NCBI GenBank assembly: GCA_963796275.1
Contig: CAWCKY010000006.1
Coordinates: 1,856,001 to 1,920,000 of the forward strand
From: an uncultured Acidobacteriota bacterium
GTDB taxonomy: Bacteria; Acidobacteriota; Blastocatellia; RBC074
Direction of reading: 5' to 3'
DNA: 64,000 bases
The notes beneath the pieces were generated by a model. It made no database searches. It was given only the letters and a program-made list of their open reading frames with translations, and was not told the origin of the DNA. The position numbers and the translations under genes are program-made. This document shows, piece after piece, positions 45,404-56,682 of the stretch (the stretch's first letter is position 1; every line of letters starts with the position of its first letter).

Positions 45404-47834
45404 TTATTCGCACCTCAGCGCCACCATTGGATCAACCTTCGTCGCCCGCCGCGCCGGGATGTAACAGGCCAGCAAAGAGACGAGAGTGAGCAGTAGCGGA
45501 ACCAGAGTGAATATCAGCGGATCGAACGGGCTGAAACCGAACATAAGTCCCACCAGCATCATTCCCAACCCCAGCGCGGCAGCAATTCCAATCAGAATTC
45601 CTATCAGAACCAGCATCATCCCCTGTCTGATCACCAGCTTCACCACGTCAAGGGATTCCGCACCCAATGCCATCCGCACGCCGATCTCGTGCGTACGCTG
45701 CTTGACGATATAGCTCATCACACCGTAGATACCCAGCGACGACAGAATCAGACCGGCCAGCGCGAATGCGCCCAACGACAGCATCGCGAAGCGCAGTTTC
45801 GCTGTTGCCTCCGCGACAATCTGAGACATCGTCTTGATGTTGAAGATCGGCAGGTCCGGATCGCATTGGCGCACAGCTTCCCGCACAGAAGCAGTCAGCG
45901 AAGCGGGTTCAAGCGAAGTCCTGATCGCGAGCCGCAACGCGCCGCTCGGCCGTTGTCGGAGCGGCAGGTAAAACTCCTGGTCAGTATTGCCGCCGAGCCC
46001 CCAGAAATAACGGTCGCCGACGACGCCGACGACCTCGTACTGCACATCTCTCCTGGCAGGAAAAGTTAAGAGTTTTCCGATCGGGTTTTCATTCGGGAAT
46101 GCCATCCTGGCCAGCGATTCGTTTAAAATTATCACCTTGGGCGACTGCGCGACGTCGCGCCCGTCAAAGAAACGGCCGGCGCGCAATGGAATGTTGAGCG
46201 CGCGAAAGTAATCATCGGATGCGGTGCGCTGTATCCCACCGATCGTATAATCGAAATCACCGCCACGTACCACTACCTTCAGCGGCATAAGCATCGACCC
46301 GGTTGAACTTATCGACAAAGGCAGGTGATTGCTGGCGCCGGCAGTCTGCACGCCGGGAAGGGCGGAGACCCGTTCGAGGATTTTCTGATAGAGCGCGTCG
46401 AGTTGCATTTTGCCGGGGGAGGGCGACAGCTCCAGCGTCAAGACATGTTCGGCTTGAAACCCCGCGCGCAATTCCAGCATCCGCCAGAAGCTTTTGATCA
46501 GCAATCCCGCGCCGATGAGCAGCGCCAGCGTCAAAGAGACCTCGCCTATCAACAATATTTTCCGCAGCCGAGGCGCGCCGCCGCCGCTGAATTGCTTGCC
46601 CTCTTTGAGCGCAGTCGTTAAATCAGGGCGTGAGAACTGCCAGGCTGGCGCGCTGCCGAACAACATGCCGGTCAGTAATGTAATCGCAAGCGTGAACAGA
46701 AGAGCCCGCGTGTCGATGCCCGGCGCCCCGAGTTTGGTGAGCGGTTCGGGGTAGATGGCCGTCAAAGCGTCGATTATCCATGCCGCCATCAACAACCCGG
46801 CGGCGCCGCCGATCAGCGCAAGCAACAAGCTTTCGGTCAGCCATTGCCGTATCAAGCGCGAGCGGCTGGCGCCCAGAGCTGCACGCACGGCGACCTCCGA
46901 ACTGCGTGTCAGAGCGCGCGCCACATGGTTCGCTACGTTGGCGCAGGCGATCAAAAGAACGCACGCCACGGCGCCGAGCAATACCAGCAGGGGCTGCCGG
47001 AGATCACCGACAAAAAGATCGAGCAATGATTGCAATTCGATCTCAATGGATCCGCTAAACCTTTTTTCGGGATTTCGCGCTGCCTCATCTTGCCCGGCTT
47101 TCGTCAGCCGTTGGCCGATCACGTTCAGTTCCTTCTGCGCGCTCGCTTACGTGCCCCCATCCTTCAAACGGCCGATGACATGTGGGAATAACCCCTCCTT
47201 CGCCAGAAGATAATCGTCGGGCGAATACGGGATGAAGGCTTCCGGCTTCCGGCCATAGACCTGATAGTTGAACCAACTCGGTAAGACGCCGATCACCGTA
47301 AAACTCACTCCGTTCAATCGCACCGGCTTGCCCGGCAAGTTCTCATCGCCGCCGAAGCTTCTCCGCCATAACCCATGGCTGAGCACCAACAATCGCGTCT
47401 CCCCTCGTCGCACCTCATCGTCGCTGAACGACCGGCCAAGTGAAGGCTGGACGCGCAACAGCGGAAAGAAACCGGGCGTGACCTGCAAAATCTGAATGCG
47501 TTCCGGAGAAGCTTCGTCGCGCAGATTCACGCTGCCCGTATCAAACACCGCAACCGATTCGAACACATTGACCGGCTCGCGCCATTCCATGAATTTGCCG
47601 CCATTTTCCATGGGAAAAAGATTGAGCAGGTAGCCAGCGCCGTTGTTGATATACATCAACTGCTCCGGCTTCTCGAAGGGAAGTGGATGAAAGAGGGCCG
47701 CATCGATCACGCTGAAGATCGCCGTGTTCGCGCCGATTCCCAGAGCCAGCGTCAAAATCGCGATCGCTGTGAAGCCGGGTTTTTTCAACAACATTCGCGC
47801 GCCGTAGCGCAAATCCGCAAGCAGAGAACTTCAT
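45404..47834 (-). pseudogene. ADOP permease with a +1 insertion after the ATG and an in-frame TAA at 47147-47149
   Basis: SD GAGGAGG, atg-a-agt-tct-ctg-ctt-gcg-gat-ttg-cgc ([13 protein letters not shown] once corrected); the two large ORFs share one frame separated by a stop. Confidence 0.8.
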
Positions 47835-47904
47835 GGTCTCGCCTCCTCAGAAAATGGTGTTCCCCTGGTACGTTGATAAGCTGGATTGCTAACCAAGTAC
47901 TGTA

Positions 47905-50409
47905 TTATTCGGATTTCAGGGCGATCATCGGATCCACTTTCGTCGCTCGCCGTGCCGGTATCCAGCACGCCAGTAAAGCGACGAACATCAGCAGTAATGC
48001 CACCGCGGCAAACGTCATGAGGTCGGTGGGGTTCACACCGTAAAGCATAGCGGAGATCGCGTGAGCTAAGGCGAAGGCTCCCGCCAATCCGAGAGCGACA
48101 CCCGCGAGTGCCAATCTCAAGCCTCCTCCGATGATCAGGCGAAACACGTCGCGGTTTTCCGCGCCGAGAGAAATGCGAATCGCCAACTCGCGCCTGCGCT
48201 CGGCGACCGTGTAAGCCATCACGCCATATATGCCCATTACGGCGAGTGTTAGCGCGACGGCGGCGAAGGCGGCGAAGATCACCAGGCTGAAGCGCGGCCG
48301 GTCCAGTGAGGACGAGAAGATTTGTTGGAGCGTGCGGAAGTTGACTGGGAGTTCCGAGTTGAGTGACTGGACTGTCTGGCGCACTGCGGGTGTGAGCGTC
48401 GCCGTGTCGGCCTGCGTTCGCACGACGATCGAGAGCGCCGAATACGGCGGGCGTTGGAGCGCGTTGGCATAAACTGTTGGCTCCACGTCCTGCTCCAGGC
48501 CCATGCCGCGCACGTCGCTGACGACGCCGACGATGTGCAGCAGACGCAGGTCGACGTCCATATTCCCGAACTGAATGCGCTTTCCTATCGGGTCTTCGTT
48601 CGGCCAATATTTCCGCGCGAGCGATTGGCTGATGACAGCCGAGTGCGGCGCATCAGGCCCGTCGCTCTCATCGAAAACGCGCCCTCTCAAAAGCGGGATG
48701 CCCATCGCGGCGAAGTAGCCGGCACTAGCAACGCGATAATCGGCGTATCCCGTATTTTGGTGGTTACCGTCAATCAGGAAAATGCCGTATCCGCGCTTGC
48801 CGTCCATCGGAACGCCGTTTACCCCACCGACCTCGAGGACTCCCGGTAACTGCCTGATGCCGTCGAGCAGTTGTCGGTATAACAGCCATTGCCGTTTCCT
48901 GAACTCTTCATATTCGGCCGGCTCGGAGATGGGGTCCGGCGCGAGACCTCGCATCATTCGGTCAAAAGCTTGCATGAATTGCGGCGTGCGGTCCGGGCCT
49001 GTGTACTCCGGCAATGATAAGTCCGCCATGAAGGCGCTCTCAGCGCGAAAGCCGGGATCAACCTGAAGCAGGCGATAAAAACTCTTGCCGAGCAACCCGG
49101 CTCCCGTGAGCAGGATGAGGGTCAATGCCATCTGCGCAACCACGAGTGTGCCACGCAACCGGGTGCTTATTGAATGTCCCAATTGACCGCGCCCGCCATC
49201 CTTCAGGTCGTCGTGCAAATCATTTTGCGAGAGCTGCGTGAGCGGCGACAGGCCGAGCATGACTGCTACGATCAGCGTCAAGCCGAGCGTGAAGCCCATT
49301 GCCCGCGCGTCCACACCGATCTCATCGGCTCGTGGCAGACTTCCGGGATTCAAACTGATCAACAGGTCTATCCCCCAGAGGGCGAAGACCACGCCGAGCA
49401 CTCCGGCAATCAAGGCCAGCAGAACGTTCTCCGTCACGAACTGCATCGCAAGTTTAGCCCGCGTCGCCCCGAGCGCTGCGCGCACGGCGAACTCTTTCTG
49501 CCGTACGGTGGCCTGCGCGATCACCAGATTGGCCACATTGGCACACGCCACCATCAGCAAAAAGCCAACGGCGGCGATGACGGTCAGCAGTACGTTCTTC
49601 GCGTCGCTCACCAAAAACTCTTGCAGCGGGATCGCTGCAATATCGACGGCATCCGCGGCAACCGTGGCATCCGCGTGATTGCCGTAGTCCTGTCTGATCT
49701 GCCCGGCGATAGCGCTCAGGTCGGCGAGCGCCTGTGCGAGCGTAACGTCCTCTTTGAGCCGTGCGATCACGTTCCAGTTGTGAGCAGAGCGGGAAGTCTC
49801 CGGCGGGAAAATCTCGCGCGGTATCCACACGTCGAACTCCTGCGGATAGCTGAAGCCCGGCGGCATCACGCCGACCACATCGAAACTCAGATCGCCGCTT
49901 CGCAGTTTCAGGTTGCCAAGGCCGGTGCGCCCACCGAACGCTCGCTGCCAGAAGCCATAGCTGATGACAGCGACAGGCTGGCCGCCGTCCCTGGCGTCAT
50001 CGGGCAGGAACGCGCGACCGGCGAGCGGCGTGACCCCTAATACGCGGAAGAAATCATTGGTGGCCGCGAGCATTCGGACGCGCAGCGGCTCGATGCCTCC
50101 TGTTACCGTCTGCGTACCCCCGCTGTACGCGGCGACCGCTTCGAGGGTGCGGGTGCTGTCGCGCACGTCGCGGAAGTTGGGATCAGTGAAGGCCATCCTT
50201 TCGCCATTTCCGTTCACCTCGCGCAGTTGCACGATCCGCTCGCTCTCAGGATATGGCAGCGAGCGCAGCAGCACGGCATCCACGATGCTGAAGATAGCCG
50301 TGCAGGCGCCGATGCCCAACGACAATGTCATCACGGCGATCAAGGTGAAGCCGGGTTTTTTTAATAGCATTCGCGCGCCGTAGCGCAAATCTTGAATCAG
50401 GGTTTGCAT
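47905..50409 (-). CDS. ADOP-type duplicated ABC permease
   Basis: [39 protein letters not shown]. Confidence 0.95.
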   Translation of the reverse strand: MQTLIQDLRYGARMLLKKPGFTLIAVMTLSLGIGACTAIFSIVDAVLLRSLPYPESERIVQLREVNGNGERMAFTDPNFRDVRDSTRTLEAVAAYSGGTQTVTGGIEPLRVRMLAATNDFFRVLGVTPLAGRAFLPDDARDGGQPVAVISYGFWQRAFGGRTGLGNLKLRSGDLSFDVVGVMPPGFSYPQEFDVWIPREIFPPETSRSAHNWNVIARLKEDVTLAQALADLSAIAGQIRQDYGNHADATVAADAVDIAAIPLQEFLVSDAKNVLLTVIAAVGFLLMVACANVANLVIAQATVRQKEFAVRAALGATRAKLAMQFVTENVLLALIAGVLGVVFALWGIDLLISLNPGSLPRADEIGVDARAMGFTLGLTLIVAVMLGLSPLTQLSQNDLHDDLKDGGRGQLGHSISTRLRGTLVVAQMALTLILLTGAGLLGKSFYRLLQVDPGFRAESAFMADLSLPEYTGPDRTPQFMQAFDRMMRGLAPDPISEPAEYEEFRKRQWLLYRQLLDGIRQLPGVLEVGGVNGVPMDGKRGYGIFLIDGNHQNTGYADYRVASAGYFAAMGIPLLRGRVFDESDGPDAPHSAVISQSLARKYWPNEDPIGKRIQFGNMDVDLRLLHIVGVVSDVRGMGLEQDVEPTVYANALQRPPYSALSIVVRTQADTATLTPAVRQTVQSLNSELPVNFRTLQQIFSSSLDRPRFSLVIFAAFAAVALTLAVMGIYGVMAYTVAERRRELAIRISLGAENRDVFRLIIGGGLRLALAGVALGLAGAFALAHAISAMLYGVNPTDLMTFAAVALLLMFVALLACWIPARRATKVDPMIALKSE

Positions 50410-50505
50410 AATTCCTCAGAAAATGACCTGTTTTTACGATATTTATCAGGATCTGGCGGATCGAAATATATCTTGAAAAGCCCTGTAAATCGCGTCTGAA
50501 TGCAG

Positions 50506-52923
50506 CTATTCGCATCGCAGGGCGACCATCGGGTCCAGCTTCGATGCGCGGCGAGCCGGGACGTAGCAAGCCAACAACGCGACCAGCGCCAACAGCGCCG
50601 CCACGCCGACATACGTCACGGGATCGGTCGCACTCACGTTGAAGAGCAATCCGCGGATAAGCCTGGTCAACGCGAGGGCCGACGCCAGCCCGATCCCCAC
50701 GCCCGCCAATACGAGAACCATTCCCTGTGTAATAACCATCCGCAACACATCTCTGTTCTGCGCTCCAATAGCTACGCGAATGCCGATCTCATGCGTCTGC
50801 TGCGCGACGGCGTAAGACATCACGCCGTAAATGCCCGCTGTCGCCAACAGCAGCGCGAGCGCCGAAAAGAGTCCCAGCAGCAAAAGCGTGAATCGTTCCT
50901 GCCCGATCGATTGGGTCGTAATCTCGTCCATCGGACTGATGTTCGAGATAGCCAGGTCTTTATCAATCGCGGCGATCGCGCCCCGCAGCGCCTGACTCAG
51001 GCTCAACGGGTTGGCCGCAGTGCGGGCGACGATGACCATTCGTCGCGACGGTTGCTGGCGGTCGGGAAAGAACATTGAAACGCGGGCGTCCTGGTTCAGG
51101 CCGAAATGTTTGACGTCAGCCGTCAGGCCGACGATCTCGCGCCAGCCGTCGGGACGCCCGTTGCCGATGCGTTTGCCGATCAGCTCTCCATTTGGGAAGT
51201 GACGGCGCGCCGCGGCCTCGCTAATGATGACGACTTTGGGTGCATTCTCGTTGTCGCGTTCAGTGAACTCGCGCCCCGCGATGAGCCGCATGCCCATTGT
51301 GCCGAAATAACCGGGGCTCGCGGAGCTGATCCAGGCAACCGGGCGTTGATTGGGCGGCGGTTCGGGACGCCCTTCGATCACGAATCCGGCGTCTGAGTCG
51401 AAGCCCGCGAGCGGAAGCGACGAAACCACAGCGGCCGATTGCACGCCGGGCAGCGTCCTGACGCGCTCCAAAAGCTGGCTGTAAAAAGGTGCGATTTGAT
51501 CGCGTCCGGGGTAGACCGCCTGCGGCAATGTCACGACGGCGGTCAAAACGTTGCGCGGGTTGAAGCCCGGATCGACTCGTTGAAGCTGGATGAAGCTCCT
51601 GATCAGCAATCCCGCGCCGACGAGCAGCATCAGCGCCAATGCGATCTCGGCCACCACCAATGTGCTGAGCGCGCGGCGTCCGCTTCGGACACCCTGCGCT
51701 CCTTTGCCGCTATCGCGGAGGGATTGATTGAGATCGGCCTTGAAAAGCTGCCAGACAGGCGCGGCGCCGAACATCAATCCCGTCAATACCGTGGTCGCCA
51801 TCGTGTAACCCAATGCGCGCCAATCGATCCCGATCTCATCAATGCGCGGCGTTCCCTGCGGGCTGAAACTGACCAGCAGATAGACCAGCCAGTACGATAG
51901 CAACAATCCGACTGCTCCGCCGATCACAGCCAGCAATAGACTCTCCGACAACAGCTGCCTCGCGATGCGCCACTGGCCTGCCCCCAGCGAGGCACGGATA
52001 GCGATCTCCTTCTCGCGCACGGCCGACCGCGCCAGCAGGAGGTTCGCCACATTGGCGCACGCGATCAGCAGCACAAATGCGACGGCGACTAACAGCGCCA
52101 GCATCTGCGTCTTCACCGGTCCGACCAGAAATTCCTGGAGCGGAACGAGCGTAGCGCCGATCTTCGTGTTCGTATCGGGAAACTGCTGTTCGATGCGCGC
52201 GGCAATGGCGTTCAACTCGGTGCGCGCTTGCGCCTCGTTCGCTTCCGGTTTCAATCGCGCCATCACGCGGATTGTGATGCATCCGCGCTGGCATCCCGAA
52301 TTGAGGACAGGCTGGATCGGACGCCAGATATCGGCGTCGGCGATGATCGGAAACTTGAAGCCCGCCGGCATGACGCCGATAACCACGCGGCTCTCGCCGT
52401 TGAGCGAAATCCTGCGGCCTACCAGCGATGGATCCGCGCCGAAACTCTTCCGCCACAATCCGTGGCTGATAATGACAACGCTCTCAGCTCCTCGCTGATC
52501 TTCCTCCGGGCGAAACGAGCGACCCAGCGCAGGCGCGACGCCGAGCATCGCGAATGCGTCGTGCGAAACCTGAGCGCCGGCTAACCGCTCCGGCTCGCCC
52601 TGTCCGGTCAGAGTCGGCTGCCAGTTCTGAAACGCCACGACGTGATCGAACGAATTCGCTTGTTCGCGCCAGTCTTCAAAACCCGGAGGCGAAGTCCATT
52701 CATCCACCGGCCCGTTGCGCGCGCGATGGTCTTCCCAGATAGTCATCAGCCGATCGGCGTTCGGAAAAGGCAGCGGGCGCAGCAGCACTGAATTGACGAC
52801 GCTGAAGATCGCCGTATTCGCGCCGATGCCCAGCGCCAGCGTCAGGAGGGCAACCAACGTGAAGCCGGGCCTCTTCATCAATATTCGTGCGCCGTAGCGC
52901 AAGTCCTGCCAAACCATACCCAT
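50506..52923 (-). CDS. ADOP-type duplicated ABC permease
   Basis: Same motif set; intact 805 aa. Confidence 0.95.
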   Translation of the reverse strand: MGMVWQDLRYGARILMKRPGFTLVALLTLALGIGANTAIFSVVNSVLLRPLPFPNADRLMTIWEDHRARNGPVDEWTSPPGFEDWREQANSFDHVVAFQNWQPTLTGQGEPERLAGAQVSHDAFAMLGVAPALGRSFRPEEDQRGAESVVIISHGLWRKSFGADPSLVGRRISLNGESRVVIGVMPAGFKFPIIADADIWRPIQPVLNSGCQRGCITIRVMARLKPEANEAQARTELNAIAARIEQQFPDTNTKIGATLVPLQEFLVGPVKTQMLALLVAVAFVLLIACANVANLLLARSAVREKEIAIRASLGAGQWRIARQLLSESLLLAVIGGAVGLLLSYWLVYLLVSFSPQGTPRIDEIGIDWRALGYTMATTVLTGLMFGAAPVWQLFKADLNQSLRDSGKGAQGVRSGRRALSTLVVAEIALALMLLVGAGLLIRSFIQLQRVDPGFNPRNVLTAVVTLPQAVYPGRDQIAPFYSQLLERVRTLPGVQSAAVVSSLPLAGFDSDAGFVIEGRPEPPPNQRPVAWISSASPGYFGTMGMRLIAGREFTERDNENAPKVVIISEAAARRHFPNGELIGKRIGNGRPDGWREIVGLTADVKHFGLNQDARVSMFFPDRQQPSRRMVIVARTAANPLSLSQALRGAIAAIDKDLAISNISPMDEITTQSIGQERFTLLLLGLFSALALLLATAGIYGVMSYAVAQQTHEIGIRVAIGAQNRDVLRMVITQGMVLVLAGVGIGLASALALTRLIRGLLFNVSATDPVTYVGVAALLALVALLACYVPARRASKLDPMVALRCE

Positions 52924-53052
52924 GCGGTCTCCATCTTTGAAGTAGCTAGAATTCGTATCGCTGACTACACCGTTTTGGGAAACGACCTTACACTACCGCC
53001 CGTGATTCCATTGTTAAATGGACTGGGAGCGCTCACACTCCCAGCTGTTCTC

Positions 53053-53169
53053 AGCCAAATTGTGTGCCAGTAGACAGGCCGAGTTAAATATCTGATTTAA
53101 TTGAGTATATATTTATTCTGGGCGATCCTGAGTGTCCGTTTATGGGATGACTGATTCCCAAAACCGATT
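53053..53169 (-). promoter_or_regulatory. sigma54-like promoter with IHF site and tandem enhancer boxes
   Basis: TGGCACACAATTTGG, AATCAGATATTTA (WATCAR-N4-TTR), gtccgtttatggga and ttcccaaaaccga; same layout at 58665 and 62588. Confidence 0.55.
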
Positions 53170-53303
53170 TGCCCGAGATCAGGCGCCCAGTCCTGAACCC
53201 TGATCGCTCAACGCTCTACACATAGTTGATGGATCTTTGCTTCTCCTATGTTGACTATCTACAGGACATGGCTTAAATTGCTGTTGTTCATCAACAGGAG
53301 GCA

Positions 53304-53420
53304 TTGGAACCTATAAGTAAAGATGTCCTGCCCGGCACGCTCAACCTGATGGTTCTTAAGACCCTGTGCAGCTCGGGCCTCATTGCTTGTTCCGGTTTAT
53401 TGAATTATGGGGGGGAACAC
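53304..53420 (+). pseudogene. PadR N-terminal remnant, in frame with the downstream permease
   Basis: MEPISKDVLPGTLNLMVLKTL matches the start of the 42179 PadR; the promoter block is also conserved. Confidence 0.8.
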
Positions 53421-56081
53421 ATGACCTGGTTACGAGTCTTCATCCATCGGCTGCGCGGGTTGATCTTGAAGAGAAAATTGGAGCAGGAGCTGGAGGACGA
53501 AATCCGCGCTCATCTCGATATGCAGATTGAGGAGAACCTGCGGCAGGGGATGAGTCCGGACGAGGCGCGATATCAGGCCCTGCGAAAATTCGGTGGTGTC
53601 GAGCAGGTGAAAGAAAGTTACCGGGATCGCCGCGGTCTGGCGGTAGTGGATTCAACACTTCGGGATTTACGCTACGCGTTGCGTATGCTGAGTCGTAGTC
53701 CAGGCTTCACTGCCGTGGCCGTGCTGACGCTCGCGCTGGGCATTGGAGCAAACACGGCTATCTTCAGCATGTTGGAGGGCGTTGTGTTGGCGCCGCTGCC
53801 CTATAGGGAGGCTGAACGTCTGGTCGTAGTGTGGCATAGCGATTCACGCGCTCCACGTATATTTCCTTCCGTGCCGGACTTCCATGACTGGCAACGCAAT
53901 GCCCGCTCATTTGAGCACATGGTTGCAATCGGATTCACGGCGCGTGATCTGACCAGTCCTGGGGCTCCCACGCATCTTGATGGAAGAGAAATCTCTCCCG
54001 CCTTTTTTAGTACGCTTGGCGTAAATCTAAGCCTCGGCCGCGAGTTTTCGTCCCAAGAAGACCAGCCTGGCGGAAATCGAGTGGTCATAATCAGCCACCG
54101 TCTCTGGCAAGATCGGTTCGGTGGAAGCCGGGATGTGCTGGGCCGATCGGTGATGCTGAACGGGATTGATCATACCATTGTCGGTGTTCTCCCATCCGGC
54201 TTTGAATTCGGAGGTGGTAGGGAAGCGGATGTTTTTACGCCATTTGGGCAGGGTAATCCTAAAGCTATCAACGATCGCGGTATCCATCCTGGATTCCTCT
54301 GTGTTGCGCGCCTGAAGCCCGGCGTCACTATCGCTCAGGCAAAGTTTGAGATGGCTACGATCCAGAATTCGCTAAGTCAGCTATATCCTTCAACAAGTCG
54401 AGGTTTAAGCGCAAATGTCGTGCCACTCAAGCAGGTAATCGTGGGGGACGCCGATGAAACACTCCTTCTTTTGATGGGAGCGGTGGGACTGGTTTTGCTG
54501 ATCGCCTGTGCAAACATAGCGAATCTTCTGCTGGCACGCGCAGAGGCGCGTTCGGCCGAGTTTGCCATCCGCATCTCTCTGGGGGCGAGCCGAAAGCATC
54601 TCGCTTCTCAATTGATTACCGAAAGCCTGCTGCTCACGGTTGGGGGAGGAGTCCTCGGGTTGGCGATGGCAAAATGGGCGGTAATTCCCTCTCTGGCTGC
54701 TGTGCCGATGAACCTACCACGGAGTGCAAACATCGGTGTGAACATATCAGTCCTCCTTTTCACCTTCGGACTGACAATCGTGGTTGGAATACTGTTCGGT
54801 CTGGCGCCGCTAGTGAAGAGTTCGAACCCGGACCTCCAAGGCTCATTGAAGGAAGGAGGTCGTGGCGTCTCGAAAGGCCAGCATAATGTTCAAAGGAGCC
54901 TGGTGATCGTCCAGATGGCGTTGACTCTGGTTTTACTGACGGGGGCTATGCTTTTGTTTCGGACGGTCCGCCACTTATGGGCGGTCGACCCTGGATTTAA
55001 TAGCCAGCGCATTATCACCTTCAGAGTGGGTATTTCGCCTGCACTGACAAAGACGGCTTTAAGTTGGCGAACTGCCTATCAGCAATTAACCGAGCGCATT
55101 CAGCATATTCCAGGAGTGCAAGCTGCAGCTTTTACCATGCTGGTGCCCCTAACATGGCAGGCCAACACCGCGCCTTTCTGGATTGGCCCAAAAGAAACTA
55201 CCTCCAGAGCAGAGGCGCCGCATCTACACTTGCAATGGACAGGGCCTGAGTACATCAAGACGATGGAGATACCGCTGCTTCGTGGGCGCTTATTGACAAT
55301 GGATGATACCTTGCAGTCTGAACCTGTTATTGTAATCGACAGCATTCTTGCGCAGACCTATTTCCCCGATAAGGATCCCGTGGGCCAGACCATTACATTT
55401 CCAATTTGGGGCACCGTCCGGATTGTGGGAGTAGTCGGGCATGTCAGACTGGCCGACGACGAAAATCGTACCCGGAATCAGGCTTACGCTTCCGTCTACC
55501 AGCTTCCGGATGATTGGGTGCCGGTATTCTACCCGGGGTTGACAATGGTAGTTCGAACGCAAGTCGATGGCGCAACCTTGCTGCCTGCGATGAGGGACAT
55601 AGTTTATGGAGCGGGGAACGACCAGCCCATCTATGATATTCGTACTATGCAGGAGATTATGTCAGAGTCGATCGCCCCGCGGCGTTTTCCCATGCTTTTA
55701 CTTGGAGCATTTGCTCTGCTGGCCCTGTTACTGGCGGCTGTGGGAATCTACGGCGTGATCACCTACATGACGATCGAGCGCACACACGAGATCGGGGTTC
55801 GCATGGCGCTCGGGGCCAACCGAGGGTGCATTTTGCGAATGATAGTCGGAGGAGGGCTCCGATTGGCTCTTATCGGCGTTGCAATTGGAGTGTCAGCCGC
55901 ATTGATTTTCGGCCGCATTATGTCGAGTTTCTCGCGTTTACTGTACGGGGTTCAGCCCTGGGATCCATTGACGCTGGTTGCCATCTCTCTGGTATTGATA
56001 TGCACGACCCTTTTGGCCTGTTACCTTCCTGCGCGCCGTGCCGCCGGCGTGGATCCGATGATTGCGTTACGGCACGAATGA
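53421..56081 (+). CDS. ADOP-type duplicated ABC permease with N-terminal prefix domain
   Basis: LEQELEDEIRAHL..EARYQALRKFGG prefix, RDLRYALR, ACANIANL, PARRAAGVDP. Confidence 0.95.
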   Translation: MTWLRVFIHRLRGLILKRKLEQELEDEIRAHLDMQIEENLRQGMSPDEARYQALRKFGGVEQVKESYRDRRGLAVVDSTLRDLRYALRMLSRSPGFTAVAVLTLALGIGANTAIFSMLEGVVLAPLPYREAERLVVVWHSDSRAPRIFPSVPDFHDWQRNARSFEHMVAIGFTARDLTSPGAPTHLDGREISPAFFSTLGVNLSLGREFSSQEDQPGGNRVVIISHRLWQDRFGGSRDVLGRSVMLNGIDHTIVGVLPSGFEFGGGREADVFTPFGQGNPKAINDRGIHPGFLCVARLKPGVTIAQAKFEMATIQNSLSQLYPSTSRGLSANVVPLKQVIVGDADETLLLLMGAVGLVLLIACANIANLLLARAEARSAEFAIRISLGASRKHLASQLITESLLLTVGGGVLGLAMAKWAVIPSLAAVPMNLPRSANIGVNISVLLFTFGLTIVVGILFGLAPLVKSSNPDLQGSLKEGGRGVSKGQHNVQRSLVIVQMALTLVLLTGAMLLFRTVRHLWAVDPGFNSQRIITFRVGISPALTKTALSWRTAYQQLTERIQHIPGVQAAAFTMLVPLTWQANTAPFWIGPKETTSRAEAPHLHLQWTGPEYIKTMEIPLLRGRLLTMDDTLQSEPVIVIDSILAQTYFPDKDPVGQTITFPIWGTVRIVGVVGHVRLADDENRTRNQAYASVYQLPDDWVPVFYPGLTMVVRTQVDGATLLPAMRDIVYGAGNDQPIYDIRTMQEIMSESIAPRRFPMLLLGAFALLALLLAAVGIYGVITYMTIERTHEIGVRMALGANRGCILRMIVGGGLRLALIGVAIGVSAALIFGRIMSSFSRLLYGVQPWDPLTLVAISLVLICTTLLACYLPARRAAGVDPMIALRHE

Positions 56082-56195
56082 TCGCGGTCGCGGATAAGGC
56101 TAGTGTTGATTACACTGGGATCGTCCTATCGCAGTTACTACCAACCCAATCCAGTCCAATAGTCCTTTCACCATTTGATGGACCCGAAAGTATAC

Positions 56196-56372
56196 GACTG
56201 CGAGATGCATGTGAAATTCGCGAATTTCCTCTATTCCCATTTCCTTTGGATGCCTCACCTTGCGAAAAATGTGAAACGTTTAATCCCCTGGACATAGGTT
56301 TGCTCCGTGGCTAAACTTAAGTGGTGCAGCCGCATCAGCTCAAAGTTAATCAAGAGGTTTTGGTTTGGCCAG
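56196..56372 (-). pseudogene. intI: integron integrase N-terminal (SAM-like) domain remnant
   Basis: Across frameshifts reads KPKPLD*L/ELMRLHHLSLATEQTYVQGIKRFTFF/KVRHPKEMGIEEIREFHMHLAV, following the IntI N-terminal pattern LLDQ.R..R..HYS..TE..Y..WI.RF..FH..RHP.EMG..E...FL.HLA; catalytic domain absent. Confidence 0.8.
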
Positions 56373-56512
56373 GATATTCTCCGTCAAATTGTTATCAGGT
56401 AGGGGGTTGGCCGTACCGGCATTTCGGTATCACACTTTCTGCTACACAGGAAGAATTGTTTTACTGAGTTGGGGCTATGAGTATTCTGCGGCGCTCTGCC
56501 CGTCTATCAACT

Positions 56513-56544
56513 AAATGGGCAGATGGGCAAATGGGCAAATGGGC
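56513..56544 (+). repeat. 8-bp tandem repeat (ARATGGGC) x4
   Basis: aaatgggc agatgggc aaatgggc aaatgggc. Confidence 0.9.
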
Positions 56545-56682
56545 TATTGATGAGGCCAATGCCAGGCCCAAACAGGAAACTCCTCCAAAATGAACCGGTG
56601 TATACGCTGCCTCTCGAACGGTGGTGTCTAGGCGCAGCGGTCGTGGCCACGGTCGTGGCCGTTCTAATATCTGGAGGAACAA

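Noticed and set aside
47147-47149. Stop-codon recoding in the ADOP gene
   Set aside because: The codon is TAA rather than TGA or TAG, and the gene has another lesion at its start.
53304-56081. A genuine 925-aa PadR-permease fusion regulator
   Set aside because: Only about 21 PadR residues remain, without the HTH; the permease has its own ATG at 53421.
56110-56295. 61-aa ORF with an apparent SD sequence
   Set aside because: It is an alternative frame of the integrase remnant, which explains the sequence better.
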